Source of the DNA: a virus
Lineage: Duplodnaviria > Caudoviricetes
Virus record (IMG/VR): IMGVR_UViG_3300048819_000105
Coordinates: 1 to 45,678 of that record
Strand: one strand, 5' to 3'
DNA: 45,678 bases
Shown: one piece after another, positions 9,033 through 18,500 of the stretch
Numbering within the stretch: position 1 is the stretch's first letter
Layout: every line of letters starts with the position of its first letter
Translations under genes and position numbers: made by a program
Notes under the pieces: model-generated
Told to the model about the DNA's origin: nothing
Databases searched by the model: none
The model's input: the letters and a program-made list of their open reading frames with translations, nothing else

Positions 9033-9142
9033 ATGCGACAACTTGAACCAGACTTCCCATGCGCCGAAGGCCGAAAGGCTACTTCGCGGTTTACGCCGCA
9101 GTTGTCGCATACCGGCGCGTGGGGACTTCCAAAATGCGACAA
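9033..9142 (+). ncRNA. C4-like structured leader RNA
   Basis: Stem 9054-9066/9113-9125 encloses two small hairpins (one with a GAAA loop). AGTTGTCGCAT (9100-9110) complements ATGCGACAACT (9033) and ATGCGACAA (9134-9142, at the start codon). Confidence 0.55.
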
Positions 9143-9576
9143 TGAACACAACAATCAAGCACGGCCACAATCGGCGCGGTAAAAAGTCCAAGACTTACCA
9201 ATGCTGGCGGGACATGATAGACAGATGCAGATACCCCGCCGCGCACGGCTACAACAGATACGGCGGACGCGGCATAAAGGTTTGCAATCGTTGGCTGAAA
9301 TCTTTTCTGAATTTTCTTTCTGACATGGGCGAAAAACCAGATGGCATGACGATTGAGCGGAAGGACTTTGACGGACATTACACGCCAAAAAATTGCTGCT
9401 GGATTCCAAAGAAAGACCAGCAGAAAAACACCTGTCGCACAATCTTCCTGACCCACAACGGGAAAACTCAATGCCGCCGAGATTGGGAGCGAGAATTGGG
9501 ATTAAGTCGCGGCACTATCAGGCACAGAATGTTGTGCGGCTGGACTCTCGAAAAATCCTTAACCAAAATAAAATGA
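9142..9576 (+). CDS. HNH homing-endonuclease-like protein
   Basis: YQCWRDMIDRC...YGGRGIKVCNRW...DMGEKP...TIERKD...NCCW plus a C-terminal HTH-like tail. Confidence 0.85.
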   Translation: MNTTIKHGHNRRGKKSKTYQCWRDMIDRCRYPAAHGYNRYGGRGIKVCNRWLKSFLNFLSDMGEKPDGMTIERKDFDGHYTPKNCCWIPKKDQQKNTCRTIFLTHNGKTQCRRDWERELGLSRGTIRHRMLCGWTLEKSLTKIK

Positions 9577-9872
9577 ATACTTGGCAACAGCAATTTTCAC
9601 CAGCAGGACAAACCCGCGATTGCGTTCACGGCCATCTGGCTCGCTCGTGCAATGTTTGCGAGCTTGAGCATGAAGTGTTTGACCTGCAAGCCGAACTCAC
9701 TCAACTCCGCGAGGTGTGTGATGAGTTGGCATTAATTACAACATGCTTTCAAGAACACACCGAACTCATAAATACATTTGCTATTGTTGGTGACAGACAT
9801 AATGCCTTCAAAGCCCTCACCAACTACTCCACCCTCCCACACGTCATCATAGCGAAAGGAAACAAACAATGA
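9573..9872 (+). CDS. Hypothetical protein
   Basis: Start overlaps the upstream stop; CVHGHLARSCNVCE motif. Confidence 0.6.
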   Translation: MNTWQQQFSPAGQTRDCVHGHLARSCNVCELEHEVFDLQAELTQLREVCDELALITTCFQEHTELINTFAIVGDRHNAFKALTNYSTLPHVIIAKGNKQ

Positions 9873-10105
9873 AAACAGCGGAACAAATTCAAAAGAGACT
9901 ATGCAAAGATAGTTGCGACATCGGTATAGAAGAAATCAAACAAATCCAACTCGACGCCTACAAAGCTGGCTTGAGGGATGCGGCGGATAAGGCAAAAACT
10001 CTAATCCTCAATGTTAATCCAAAAGTTCAAGGCTATGTGAGAATGGCAAGAGACGTTTCAGAAGCCATCCTCACCGATGCCAATAACCGAACGAATTTGT
10101 CATGA
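9869..10105 (+). CDS. Hypothetical protein
   Basis: ATGA overlap, GAAAGG SD. Confidence 0.6.
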   Translation: MKTAEQIQKRLCKDSCDIGIEEIKQIQLDAYKAGLRDAADKAKTLILNVNPKVQGYVRMARDVSEAILTDANNRTNLS

Positions 10106-10225
10106 ATAAACAGAAGTGGAGAGACCGTGCGATGATATTTCTATTTTTAATGGGATGTCTAATGATTCTTCTGAAGGTATTTGTTTGGTTCTGCAAATAT
10201 GCCAATGACTATACAGGACAATAAT

Positions 10226-10660
10226 ATGACCCCACAAACCCAAGCAGAACAAAAGACGAGAGAGTTACTAATGGGCTTTCAAAATGCAATGGATACAACT
10301 GGCCAGGATATTGTTCCATTCATACACGAGCTTGAACTCCTAATCCAAAAAGCCGATGAGAATGATAGTATTGTCAAAGCATTACCACCAACATTCTACG
10401 CCGATTTACCACTTTACAAGCGTGTTGAATTTATGTGGGAACAGTGGAATAGAGCAATTAAGTGCTTACAGGAATTAGAGCTTCAAAACGATTCCTTAAA
10501 GGAAAAAGCCGATGCGTTGGATTGGGTGCAAGAGAATCACTTTACAATCATGGCTTGCCATCAACCTAAAACTTTTATGTGTGTTTCAATGGGTAAGCCA
10601 AGCGGAGTAAATACATCACTCCTCTCCGCAATCAACCAAGCAAGAAAGGAACAACAATGA
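10226..10660 (+). CDS. Hypothetical protein
   Basis: AGGA upstream of ATG 10226; operon context. Confidence 0.6.
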   Translation: MTPQTQAEQKTRELLMGFQNAMDTTGQDIVPFIHELELLIQKADENDSIVKALPPTFYADLPLYKRVEFMWEQWNRAIKCLQELELQNDSLKEKADALDWVQENHFTIMACHQPKTFMCVSMGKPSGVNTSLLSAINQARKEQQ

Positions 10661-10792
10661 AATACTTAATTCAATACACAGCAATAGCACTAATAATTGG
10701 TGGCATAGTTTTTGGCGTTGGTTATCTCAAATGGCAAGCGTATCACGAACGATTCCCACAAGCGTCTTTATGGACTTTCTTTATTAAATAAA

Positions 10793-11311
10793 ATGACCAT
10801 TTCCAATTCTCAATTTGACCAGATGAAGGCTCGAACGGATGCAGCGATTAAGCGTGGCAGCTTCGGCTCGGTGGCGTTAAAACCGCACACCGCTAACGCC
10901 GAGCCGAAGTTGGTTTGTGGGCGTTCAATCAATTGTCTGGTCATTGAGGGTCAGATACGCGGTGGAAAAAACAACATGATTGTCACGCGGACAGGATTGC
11001 ATTTCCCCAAGCCAGCATGGGCGAAGTGGCGTGATGAAGCTGTTAATCAGGTCAAGCCACAGTTGCCAGTAGGATTCAAACCATTTTCAGAGCCGATTAA
11101 CGTGCGCCTGACGTATGTTTCGGGCGACAATAGGCGTAGGGATATGCCCGCGATTCTGGACAGCATCTTTCATGTATTGGAAAAAGCCGGAGTTGTCACC
11201 GACGACACGCTTATCTGGGTGTCAGAATCCAGCCGCGCCTATGACAAATCGAAGCCAAGGGCGATTGTTGAATTTCTGAAACATTTTTTGGGAGGAAAAT
11301 ATGAAGGCTAA
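10793..11311 (+). CDS. rusA: RusA-like Holliday junction resolvase
   Basis: GGKNN...RRRDMPAILDSIFHVLEKAGVVTDDTLI...PRAIV resembles RusA (D.DN..K...D.L..AG...DD). Confidence 0.7.
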   Translation: MTISNSQFDQMKARTDAAIKRGSFGSVALKPHTANAEPKLVCGRSINCLVIEGQIRGGKNNMIVTRTGLHFPKPAWAKWRDEAVNQVKPQLPVGFKPFSEPINVRLTYVSGDNRRRDMPAILDSIFHVLEKAGVVTDDTLIWVSESSRAYDKSKPRAIVEFLKHFLGGKYEG

Positions 11312-11516
11312 TCAAATCAGTGACGAGGACAGGGAGGCCAATTTGTTCGCCATCGCCCTGCTTATGCCAGAAGAATTAGTCCGCAAGGAAGTGGCCAAAC
11401 TGAAACAACCGCTCGACTTGTCGGACGACAATAAAGGCGTGAAACAACTGGCTCAAAAGTTTGGAGTCTCGATTACGCTTATGGCAATGCGGCTTGGTGA
11501 ACTTTATTTACCTTGA
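11301..11516 (+). CDS. IrrE/ImmA (DUF955)-like C-terminal fragment lacking HEXXH
   Basis: REANLFAIALLMPE and LAQKFGVS...MRL; GGAGG SD. Confidence 0.65.
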   Translation: MKANQISDEDREANLFAIALLMPEELVRKEVAKLKQPLDLSDDNKGVKQLAQKFGVSITLMAMRLGELYLP

Positions 11517-11966
11517 TTACCTGTCGCCGTTAAATGAACTTTCCCCCGCTAGATTTACAGCCTGATAAATCGTCTCTGCAATCAATTCCGGCACTTGGCA
11601 TCCGAGCATCATTTCTTTCAGGAGCAAGTCGCATTTGGATTTAGGGAAAGCAGCCTTGACCCATGCCGTGCCGCTCCAAAGGAGCATGGTGTTTCGATAC
11701 ATGAAGTCATGGGCTGCCGCTGCAAGCCCATATTCCGCCCCATTCTCGCCCTGTGGTGGCAGCAATGACCAAAGCGGCCTCGGTATGCTCGCCAAGTCCG
11801 TAAATGCGTCCTTCGGCAGACAAAGCAACTCGCCATCAATTGTCAGGTAATAAACCGGAGCGGTGAAATCGAATATGCGGAAGTCGGACGTAATAACTGA
11901 CGCAATTCGAGTCGAGAACTCGCCCGCTGAAAGGTGAAATCCACAGATTGAAAAAGTATCAATCAT
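11517..11966 (-). CDS. DUF1353-family protein
   Basis: FTDLASIPRPLWSLLPP...AAAAHDFMY...CD...EMM...IYQAV signature. Confidence 0.85.
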   Translation of the reverse strand: MIDTFSICGFHLSAGEFSTRIASVITSDFRIFDFTAPVYYLTIDGELLCLPKDAFTDLASIPRPLWSLLPPQGENGAEYGLAAAAHDFMYRNTMLLWSGTAWVKAAFPKSKCDLLLKEMMLGCQVPELIAETIYQAVNLAGESSFNGDR

Positions 11967-12064
11967 AAAATCAAACTCGCGGTCTAGGCGAAGTTAAATC
12001 CACGCTCAAGACCGCGATTGTTTTCATCCGACATAATCAGGGTGAACCAACCATGCAGGAGAAA

Positions 12065-12763
12065 TTAAAACGAGTAATTTATGCCGCTCGAAATCAGCAA
12101 TCCCCTGTCGCCGTGAATGTCTTCAAAGGCATAATCAGCATCAAGAAACTCGCCGAGATGCGCGTTCTGGCGATATTCCAGTCCGGCCTTTCCGCCGATG
12201 AACGGCTTTCCGTTCCAGTTGTCGTATCCGCCGATGACACCGCCAAGCCATGCCACGTCGCCAATGGGCTTGCGATAGACGCCTTCGAGGTAAGCTCCGG
12301 CTGTTCCAGACTTGCCAGCGTTATTGCCTTGCAGCACGCCGCCTCCAAGCCCGATGTTTGACCAGCCGAACAGGCCGTATTTGTCCACGCTCAACACCGC
12401 GACGGCCTGACCGCTGTTTTGGATGTAGGCCACGCCTAGGCGGGCATCAATCTCGTTTGTGCCGTAGTAGCCGATATTGGACGGGTTGTTCGCCTGAATC
12501 CATTGTGACGCGACATTCATGGCGTCCTGCGGTGTGGCTGGTGCGATGATGGCGTTTGTTCCATCGCTGGTGAGCGCATTGACGATGAAGTGGATTGAGC
12601 CATCGGAGTTTGTGACCTGACTGATAAAGAACGTCTGGCCTTTATAGCTGACAGCCTGACCTCCAATCAGGTTTGGCAGTTGAACGGTGGGAGTCTGCGC
12701 GTTGCTGATTGTGACCATCGCCAGGAAAAGAGCGATGCCGATAATTGATTTAATTTTCTTCAT
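12065..12763 (-). CDS. Exported protein, probable outer-membrane beta-barrel
   Basis: MKKIK-hydrophobic-SNA|Q signal peptide, alternating Gly/aromatic strands, C-terminal GINYSF. Confidence 0.6.
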   Translation of the reverse strand: MKKIKSIIGIALFLAMVTISNAQTPTVQLPNLIGGQAVSYKGQTFFISQVTNSDGSIHFIVNALTSDGTNAIIAPATPQDAMNVASQWIQANNPSNIGYYGTNEIDARLGVAYIQNSGQAVAVLSVDKYGLFGWSNIGLGGGVLQGNNAGKSGTAGAYLEGVYRKPIGDVAWLGGVIGGYDNWNGKPFIGGKAGLEYRQNAHLGEFLDADYAFEDIHGDRGLLISSGINYSF

Positions 12764-12950
12764 GGTTTGGTTTGTTTTCAATTTTGTTTTCTTTTTCTTT
12801 TCTTTCCATCTCAAACGCCCTTCCAAACTGGAAGGCAACTACAAACAAGTAAATCGTTATTAAAAATGCAATCATTTTCTCTTTCGTTTCTTAATCGTCG
12901 GATAATGACGCTCGAAATACTTTGGTTTGGGTTTTCGTTTGCGGGGCATT

Positions 12951-13112
12951 TCAGTTCACCGCGATTCTAAATGCCCGTATGCCGATTATGATAAACAGAG
13001 CTAGCCACGCTCCGCCATAATAGAACCGGCTGTTTGGGTTTGTTGGAGGTATGGCGACGATGCCCAAGACGGACAGAACTAGAATCAGCCAATAAAGGAT
13101 ATTTAGGAACAT
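12951..13112 (-). CDS. Small two-TM membrane protein (holin candidate, 53 aa)
   Basis: Hand translation: MFLNILYWLILVLSVLGIVAIPPTNPNSRFYYGGAWLALFIIIGIRAFRIAVN. Confidence 0.55.
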   Translation of the reverse strand: MFLNILYWLILVLSVLGIVAIPPTNPNSRFYYGGAWLALFIIIGIRAFRIAVN

Positions 13113-13116
13113 AATT

Positions 13117-13728
13117 TTACAATGCTTTCGGTGGTTGCGCCGCTGTCGGCGCGTTTGGTGGTGGTGTTAAAGATTGGGCTGGCGGCGGGATTGGAACAGC
13201 GGCGGCAGGTTGTTCCATCGGAACGGCGGTAGGGCTGGCGGCGGCTTGTGACAGCTTGGCGATGCTAGGATTCACCTCGCGGGCTAATTGAGCCAGAACC
13301 AGACCGAATTTGTTCACTTGCCAGCCGTCCGGCAAAAACTTTCTCAAATCTCTCGCAATCGTTGGCAGTCCAAAATAAAGAAATGCAGCCAAAATAAGAT
13401 ACTTCAAAGGGATTGTTTTCAGGATTTCTACAGGGATGCCGGTATTCGCGCTGACGTAGGCCAATAGAGCGTCGGGTATGACAACCCCGTTAGTTGTCGT
13501 CAAGGGCGGTAAAGACGGCTGCAATGACGTTTTAGAAACGAAAAACCCGTTGCTGAAAGTGGTGAACGAATCACCAGCGGCATTTGTGATGTTTCCCGTG
13601 AACATTCCATTCTCGCCAACGGTCAGGTTGGTTTGCCCATAAGCCTTGTGGCAGGACAAAAAGAAACTCGCGACGATGATGATGGCGACAATCATTGCCG
13701 CCCTTAACGATGGAATTATTTTAGTCAT
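13117..13728 (-). CDS. Membrane/exported protein
   Basis: N-terminal hydrophobic segment, internal TM segment, Pro/Ala-rich tail. Confidence 0.6.
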   Translation of the reverse strand: MTKIIPSLRAAMIVAIIIVASFFLSCHKAYGQTNLTVGENGMFTGNITNAAGDSFTTFSNGFFVSKTSLQPSLPPLTTTNGVVIPDALLAYVSANTGIPVEILKTIPLKYLILAAFLYFGLPTIARDLRKFLPDGWQVNKFGLVLAQLAREVNPSIAKLSQAAASPTAVPMEQPAAAVPIPPPAQSLTPPPNAPTAAQPPKAL

Positions 13729-13993
13729 GGTCGCTTTTAAGTTGGTCAATTTGCTGCTGTTTTTGTTCGAGGTGCTGCCCAATCCAATTTTCGTCTTTGA
13801 ATTGTTTATCCTGCAAGCAATACTGCTTCACAACAATATAAATCATCGCACAGCCGAGCGCAATAGCCCCGATGGCCTTCATATTGCCCTTGACGGCAAG
13901 GATAAATCCAGTCACACCCCCAAACCATATCGCTTGCGACCTTTTCATTATGGCCGCAAACGAACGTGGTTTGGGATGGTGTTTGGGAGGCAT
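13721..13993 (-). CDS. Two-TM membrane protein
   Basis: IWFGGVTGFILAV and IGAIALGCAMIYIVV segments. Confidence 0.6.
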   Translation of the reverse strand: MPPKHHPKPRSFAAIMKRSQAIWFGGVTGFILAVKGNMKAIGAIALGCAMIYIVVKQYCLQDKQFKDENWIGQHLEQKQQQIDQLKSDHD

Positions 13994-14428
13994 TTAGCTT
14001 GCCGCTGGTGTATTTGCTGTGACAGCAGCCGAAAGCTCGGTGTCATTTGCCGCCAGTGTGGTTTGCAGGTCGGAAAGAGCCTGCAACTGTGCCGTAGTTG
14101 CACCCGCTGCGCTGGCCTTTGCAATAGCCGCCGCGATAAGTGCGGGGATGCCTTGGATGAGCGTGAGCGCGGATTTCTCCACGGTGGTTTCGTTTGTGAC
14201 CTCGGTTGTCAGGTCGGTGATTTGTGCGTCCAGTGTTTGTTCAAGTGCCATAATTTTACTTTCGTTTAAGTCAATCCGGTTAAGGATTATTTTTGTGTTT
14301 TTCTCTATCACTTCTGTCACCCGACAGAGCAAATCTTTTGAACTCAAGTGTGACCTGCGCCACTCCATTATCTCGGTGATGGAAGCCTCTTGGACTTTCT
14401 TCATTATTTCAAGAGGGGATTCTTCCAT
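13994..14428 (-). CDS. Coiled-coil hypothetical protein
   Basis: Heptad-like Ala/Leu/Thr-rich C-terminus; abuts neighbouring genes. Confidence 0.65.
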   Translation of the reverse strand: MEESPLEIMKKVQEASITEIMEWRRSHLSSKDLLCRVTEVIEKNTKIILNRIDLNESKIMALEQTLDAQITDLTTEVTNETTVEKSALTLIQGIPALIAAAIAKASAAGATTAQLQALSDLQTTLAANDTELSAAVTANTPAAS

Positions 14429-14431
14429 AAA

Positions 14432-14725
14432 TCATCGCTCAAAAATTTTAGTGAACAGCGCAACACAGCCGAGCTTTATGGCTGTGAACGCACCGCAAAC
14501 ACCAGTAATAGTCCAAATCACTTTTTTCTGGTTGTTCTCAAGATTGGAAATTCTTAACGAAATCGTGTTTTTTTTACCTTCAATCTCCTTTCCATCCATT
14601 CCGATTCCATAAAGGTCTTCAACAATCCGATTGTGACGATGGAACAACCCCGGAATCCCCTTGATTGGGTCGCCCATCAAAACCTCGTAAATCTCGTCAA
14701 TTTGTTTTTCGCTTCTTGGGGTCAT
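14432..14725 (-). CDS. Small protein with C-terminal TM segment (lysis-cassette-like)
   Basis: RISNLE coiled coil followed by a hydrophobic tail. Confidence 0.6.
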   Translation of the reverse strand: MTPRSEKQIDEIYEVLMGDPIKGIPGLFHRHNRIVEDLYGIGMDGKEIEGKKNTISLRISNLENNQKKVIWTITGVCGAFTAIKLGCVALFTKIFER

Positions 14726-14728
14726 AAA

Positions 14729-15355
14729 TCATTGCGGATAAAAAAGGTTCGGTTTCAGGTTCAAATTAGTCCCTCGAAAGAACTGAATCGCCAGTCCGGT
14801 CGGCAGGTCAATCCCGTTCGTATCAACATTGGTGAACGCCTGCCAGTGCGACAGGTCGCTGCTGCTCGCCACGCTACCGCTGCCGGACAGATGGTATCCG
14901 GTCAGGATTGGCGGATACGGCGGGAAATGCGCCTCGTTAGAGTTAGGCGATTCAACAATGTTCGTCGTTCCTGAAACAAAGGCGTAGGCCGTGCTGACGA
15001 AATAGTATCGCGCCACCGTGCAAGGCCAGAGCAGCGACAAGGTTGCCTGCGTCACGTTGCCCACGTCAATCATGCCGTTCGTGTAGCTGCCGGACGCCGT
15101 GCCGTAGTATATCCGGTAGCCAGCGACGAGCGGCGACGTGCTGGCGTTCCAAGCCAGCGTCACGCTGTTTGTCGGAACACTGTTCGTCGGCGGCGGCTCA
15201 AGGATGGCCAGCGGCTCGGACTTGGACGTGGCGGCGATGCTGTCCATCGGCAAAGGCGGCAACGCTGCGACCGGAGCCTGCGCGACCGGCTGGCTCGGCT
15301 GGTTTGAGGCGCAGCCCGAAAGCATCACTGCTAAAAACAATATCGCCAGTTTCAC
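14729..15355 (-). CDS. Lipoprotein with fibronectin type III domain
   Basis: GTG start after GGAGG; lipobox LSGC; VTLAWNAS...AGYRIYYG...YYF...ES..SNE FN3 pattern. Confidence 0.75.
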   Translation of the reverse strand: MKLAILFLAVMLSGCASNQPSQPVAQAPVAALPPLPMDSIAATSKSEPLAILEPPPTNSVPTNSVTLAWNASTSPLVAGYRIYYGTASGSYTNGMIDVGNVTQATLSLLWPCTVARYYFVSTAYAFVSGTTNIVESPNSNEAHFPPYPPILTGYHLSGSGSVASSSDLSHWQAFTNVDTNGIDLPTGLAIQFFRGTNLNLKPNLFYPQ

Positions 15356-15571
15356 AGCAGAAACCTCCACGCACAATAAACGATGACAACGGCTATCGCG
15401 GTGCCGACCAGAGGTTCGGCGAGGAACGCCTTGATTTTTTCAAGTTTCATTTCGCGCATCCTTTCTGCGACCAAACCATCAACACCAGCAAGGGGTAGAG
15501 CAGGCACAACACCGCAACGCTGCGATATTCGCCGCAGTGCCAAGTGTCTTTGATGAGTGAGTTGAGGGTGG

Positions 15572-18500
15572 TCATTGATGAATAACCATTCCCTCAATGG
15601 TTTGGGATGTTAAAGTCGCCGCCGTGAATCCAAGTGTGAATGAAGTCGTTGTCCTGCTAGTAACCGTAGCCCCGACTAAATCATTTGGAGCAGTTACATT
15701 GTAATTGGTGTCAGTCATTGCGATGGGCAGGTTGACCTGCAAACTTGTTCCTGATATTAGAGTCGCGTTCGTCGCGTAATTCTCGCTCTCGCCTAATGTC
15801 GCAGCCAAGAAAAACTTGGAGGCATTGGAGGCAATCTTGCTTAGCGAAAGATTTCCCCCTGTCAAAGTTACAGTTGTTGACCCTGTTCCGGCTTGAGCTT
15901 GGAAGTTGGTTGAAGCATGAGGGAATAGATTAACATTGTTCCAAAACGCCAAATCTCCCGCGCCTGCATCAATCAGGAACGGCGAATTGTCCAAACCATA
16001 AACGGTGAAATTATTGAACGTGCTTTGACCTCCTCCGCATTTCACCGCGCCGCCCGCAGCTATGTTCGTTGACTCGTAAAAAATCGTGACGTTCTCGTAG
16101 TAATTTGTCTGCGGGAACGACGCTGTGCCTTGTGTGAAAATGCCACGGATAATTCCGGGCGTGTTTGTTGTTCCAAAATAAATCGTGAAGTTCCTAATGG
16201 CGTTGACTGACCCAACGGATGGTGCGCCACTGGCGGTTGTATAACCCTGCAAAGTTGTTGCCCCATTTGTCTGCGAAGTTCCGAGCAGCGTGCAGTCAGC
16301 CGATCCACCGTTTATCAACCAGTTCAAATAAGTCACGTTCGCGTTCCAAAATGAACTCGCAGTATGAAACCGGCAGTTGACGATATTTGCCTGCGGATAA
16401 AACACATTCGGACAAAGATTGGTGTGGCGAAGATAAATGCAATTATCATCGCCCCAAAAATCGCAGTTGTTGAATATCGGATTTGTGATTGACTGAAAGC
16501 CATCGGTGTTATCAGTGCCAAAAAAGGCTTGGTTTATTCCGGCGTGGAAATAACCGTTGCTGCCGATGAGGTTGTTGAATATCGTCCAATTTCCCACGAT
16601 TCCAATCGGCTCGCCAGTGCCACCATAGGTATTTGTGTTCCAGTTAATCAGTGTTCCACCATTGACTGTCACACCATTCAATGTTGCCGTGTTTGAAAAA
16701 TTAACGACGCCGTGAATGTCCATCGTATCACCCCAAGCCGAATTTGTTGAAGCGACATTAAAATCGGCATAGGCAGTTTGTCCTCCATTGTGCCAAAGAG
16801 TGACATACCCAAACTTCGCCGCAATCTGCGCGTTGGCAATCGTCGCCGCGCCTGCGTTCGATGCCAGCCCGTTCGTTGCCGCCGAAAGTGCCGAGGTGGT
16901 GTTTGTCAGGTTGGCCGTGCCGGTGAAAGTCCCGCCCAGCGTCACACCCGTCTGCGTGTTGGTCAGCGCAATCGTCGTTGACGCAATCGTCGTCCCGCTC
17001 GGCCCGCTGCCGCCCTGGATGCGCCCCATGTTCGATTCAAACTGCGCGATGCGCGCCGCCACGCTCGCCTGCTTGTTCGTCGTCAGCGCGTGGCCGCCCC
17101 ACAGATACGCCACCGTCCCCGACGAGATGTTGGACAAGATGTTGCCGAAGAAGAACAGCCCGTTCGTGCTTTGAAAGCCGTTCGTCACCACCTCGTTGAA
17201 CGCCAGCGAGCCGTAGGTCGCCGTCTGGTTCGTGCCGGAGCGGTTGATGCTGATGTAGAGGTCGTTCGTCTGGATCGGCGCGCTCAACGCCTCATGGTTC
17301 GTCGAGCCGATGCCGTCCGAGAAATACGGCGGCGCACCGCCCGCCCACCAGTCCATCGAGGCGATGTCCACGCTCGGACTCGCGTTCGTGTCCGTGAGCA
17401 GCAACAACGGCTGCGTGCTGTTCGTCGTCTGCACCACGATCCACGCCGCGAAAAAGAAGTTGCTCGGACTCGCGCCCGTCAGCGACTTGATGAAGTTGTA
17501 ATTCAGCCAGCCGTAACCTCCCGTGATGTTCGAGACGCCCAGCGACGTGTGCTGCGCGGCGTTCGTCAATCCGTTCTGCCAAGCGAGCGTGAAATTGGTT
17601 CGGCCAAGACTGTTCCCGTCGCAGATGGGCAAACCCGCATCGGCGAATGGTATCGAGAAGTCAAAATCATTCGTCCAAGTGCCGTCCGACTTCAATCCCG
17701 TCACAAGGACGTTCATCGCGGAAATCGTCTGCGCCGGTGTCGCCGGCGGCGAGACAATGACTCCGGTATAAAGCGCGTAAGTGTAGGTCAGCGTGAATCC
17801 TGTGCCGCCGTAACCGCTGCCGAGTTTGTTCCAGAACACAACTCCGGCTGGCACCGGATTGTGCGCGAAATAATTCGGGTCGGTGCTGGTGATGAACGTC
17901 GGGTTCGGCGCGACCGTCCCGCCGTTGTAGGCGATGTTCGTGATGGCCGAGTCGCAACCGGAGAAATAATTGATCACGTCGTTGTCCACGCCCACGCCGT
18001 TCGTGCCGGGCGTGTTCGTCGGCGCGTAGCCTACGAGCAGCGGGACGCCGTCCGCCGTGAAACTGTGCGCGTTGACATTGCCCCCGGCATTGACCCCGCT
18101 GCTGATATTCAGTTGCGAGGAGTTGGTGTTGTTCGCGATGGACGGCAGGGAATTGGGCTGGACGGTGAGGGTGACCGGATTCAACTTCGTGACCACTCCG
18201 CCCGTTCCGTTCGTCAGGTAAAAAGTGAATGTCGCGTTTGGCGGCTGGCCTTGAAAAAGAAAAACATCAGCCGAGCCGAGCGAGCCGTAGCTGCTGCCGT
18301 TTGATGGTATCACCGCGCCATTCGTTGCCTCATAATAAATAGACACATTGCTGATGCCGGTGAAAAATACAGATTCAAAATTTGTGGAATTTAGGGCAAT
18401 GATTCCGAAATTATTTAACAAAGTGTTCGTCGGCGTCAGCGTCCATGTCGCCAACCCTTCAAACGTGACCGAGTTGGACGAATAAACGCCGCTGACGCCC

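Noticed and set aside
17090-18304. 404-aa + strand ORF
   Set aside because: Antisense shadow of the GC3-rich part of the giant gene; Arg/Val-rich and uninformative.
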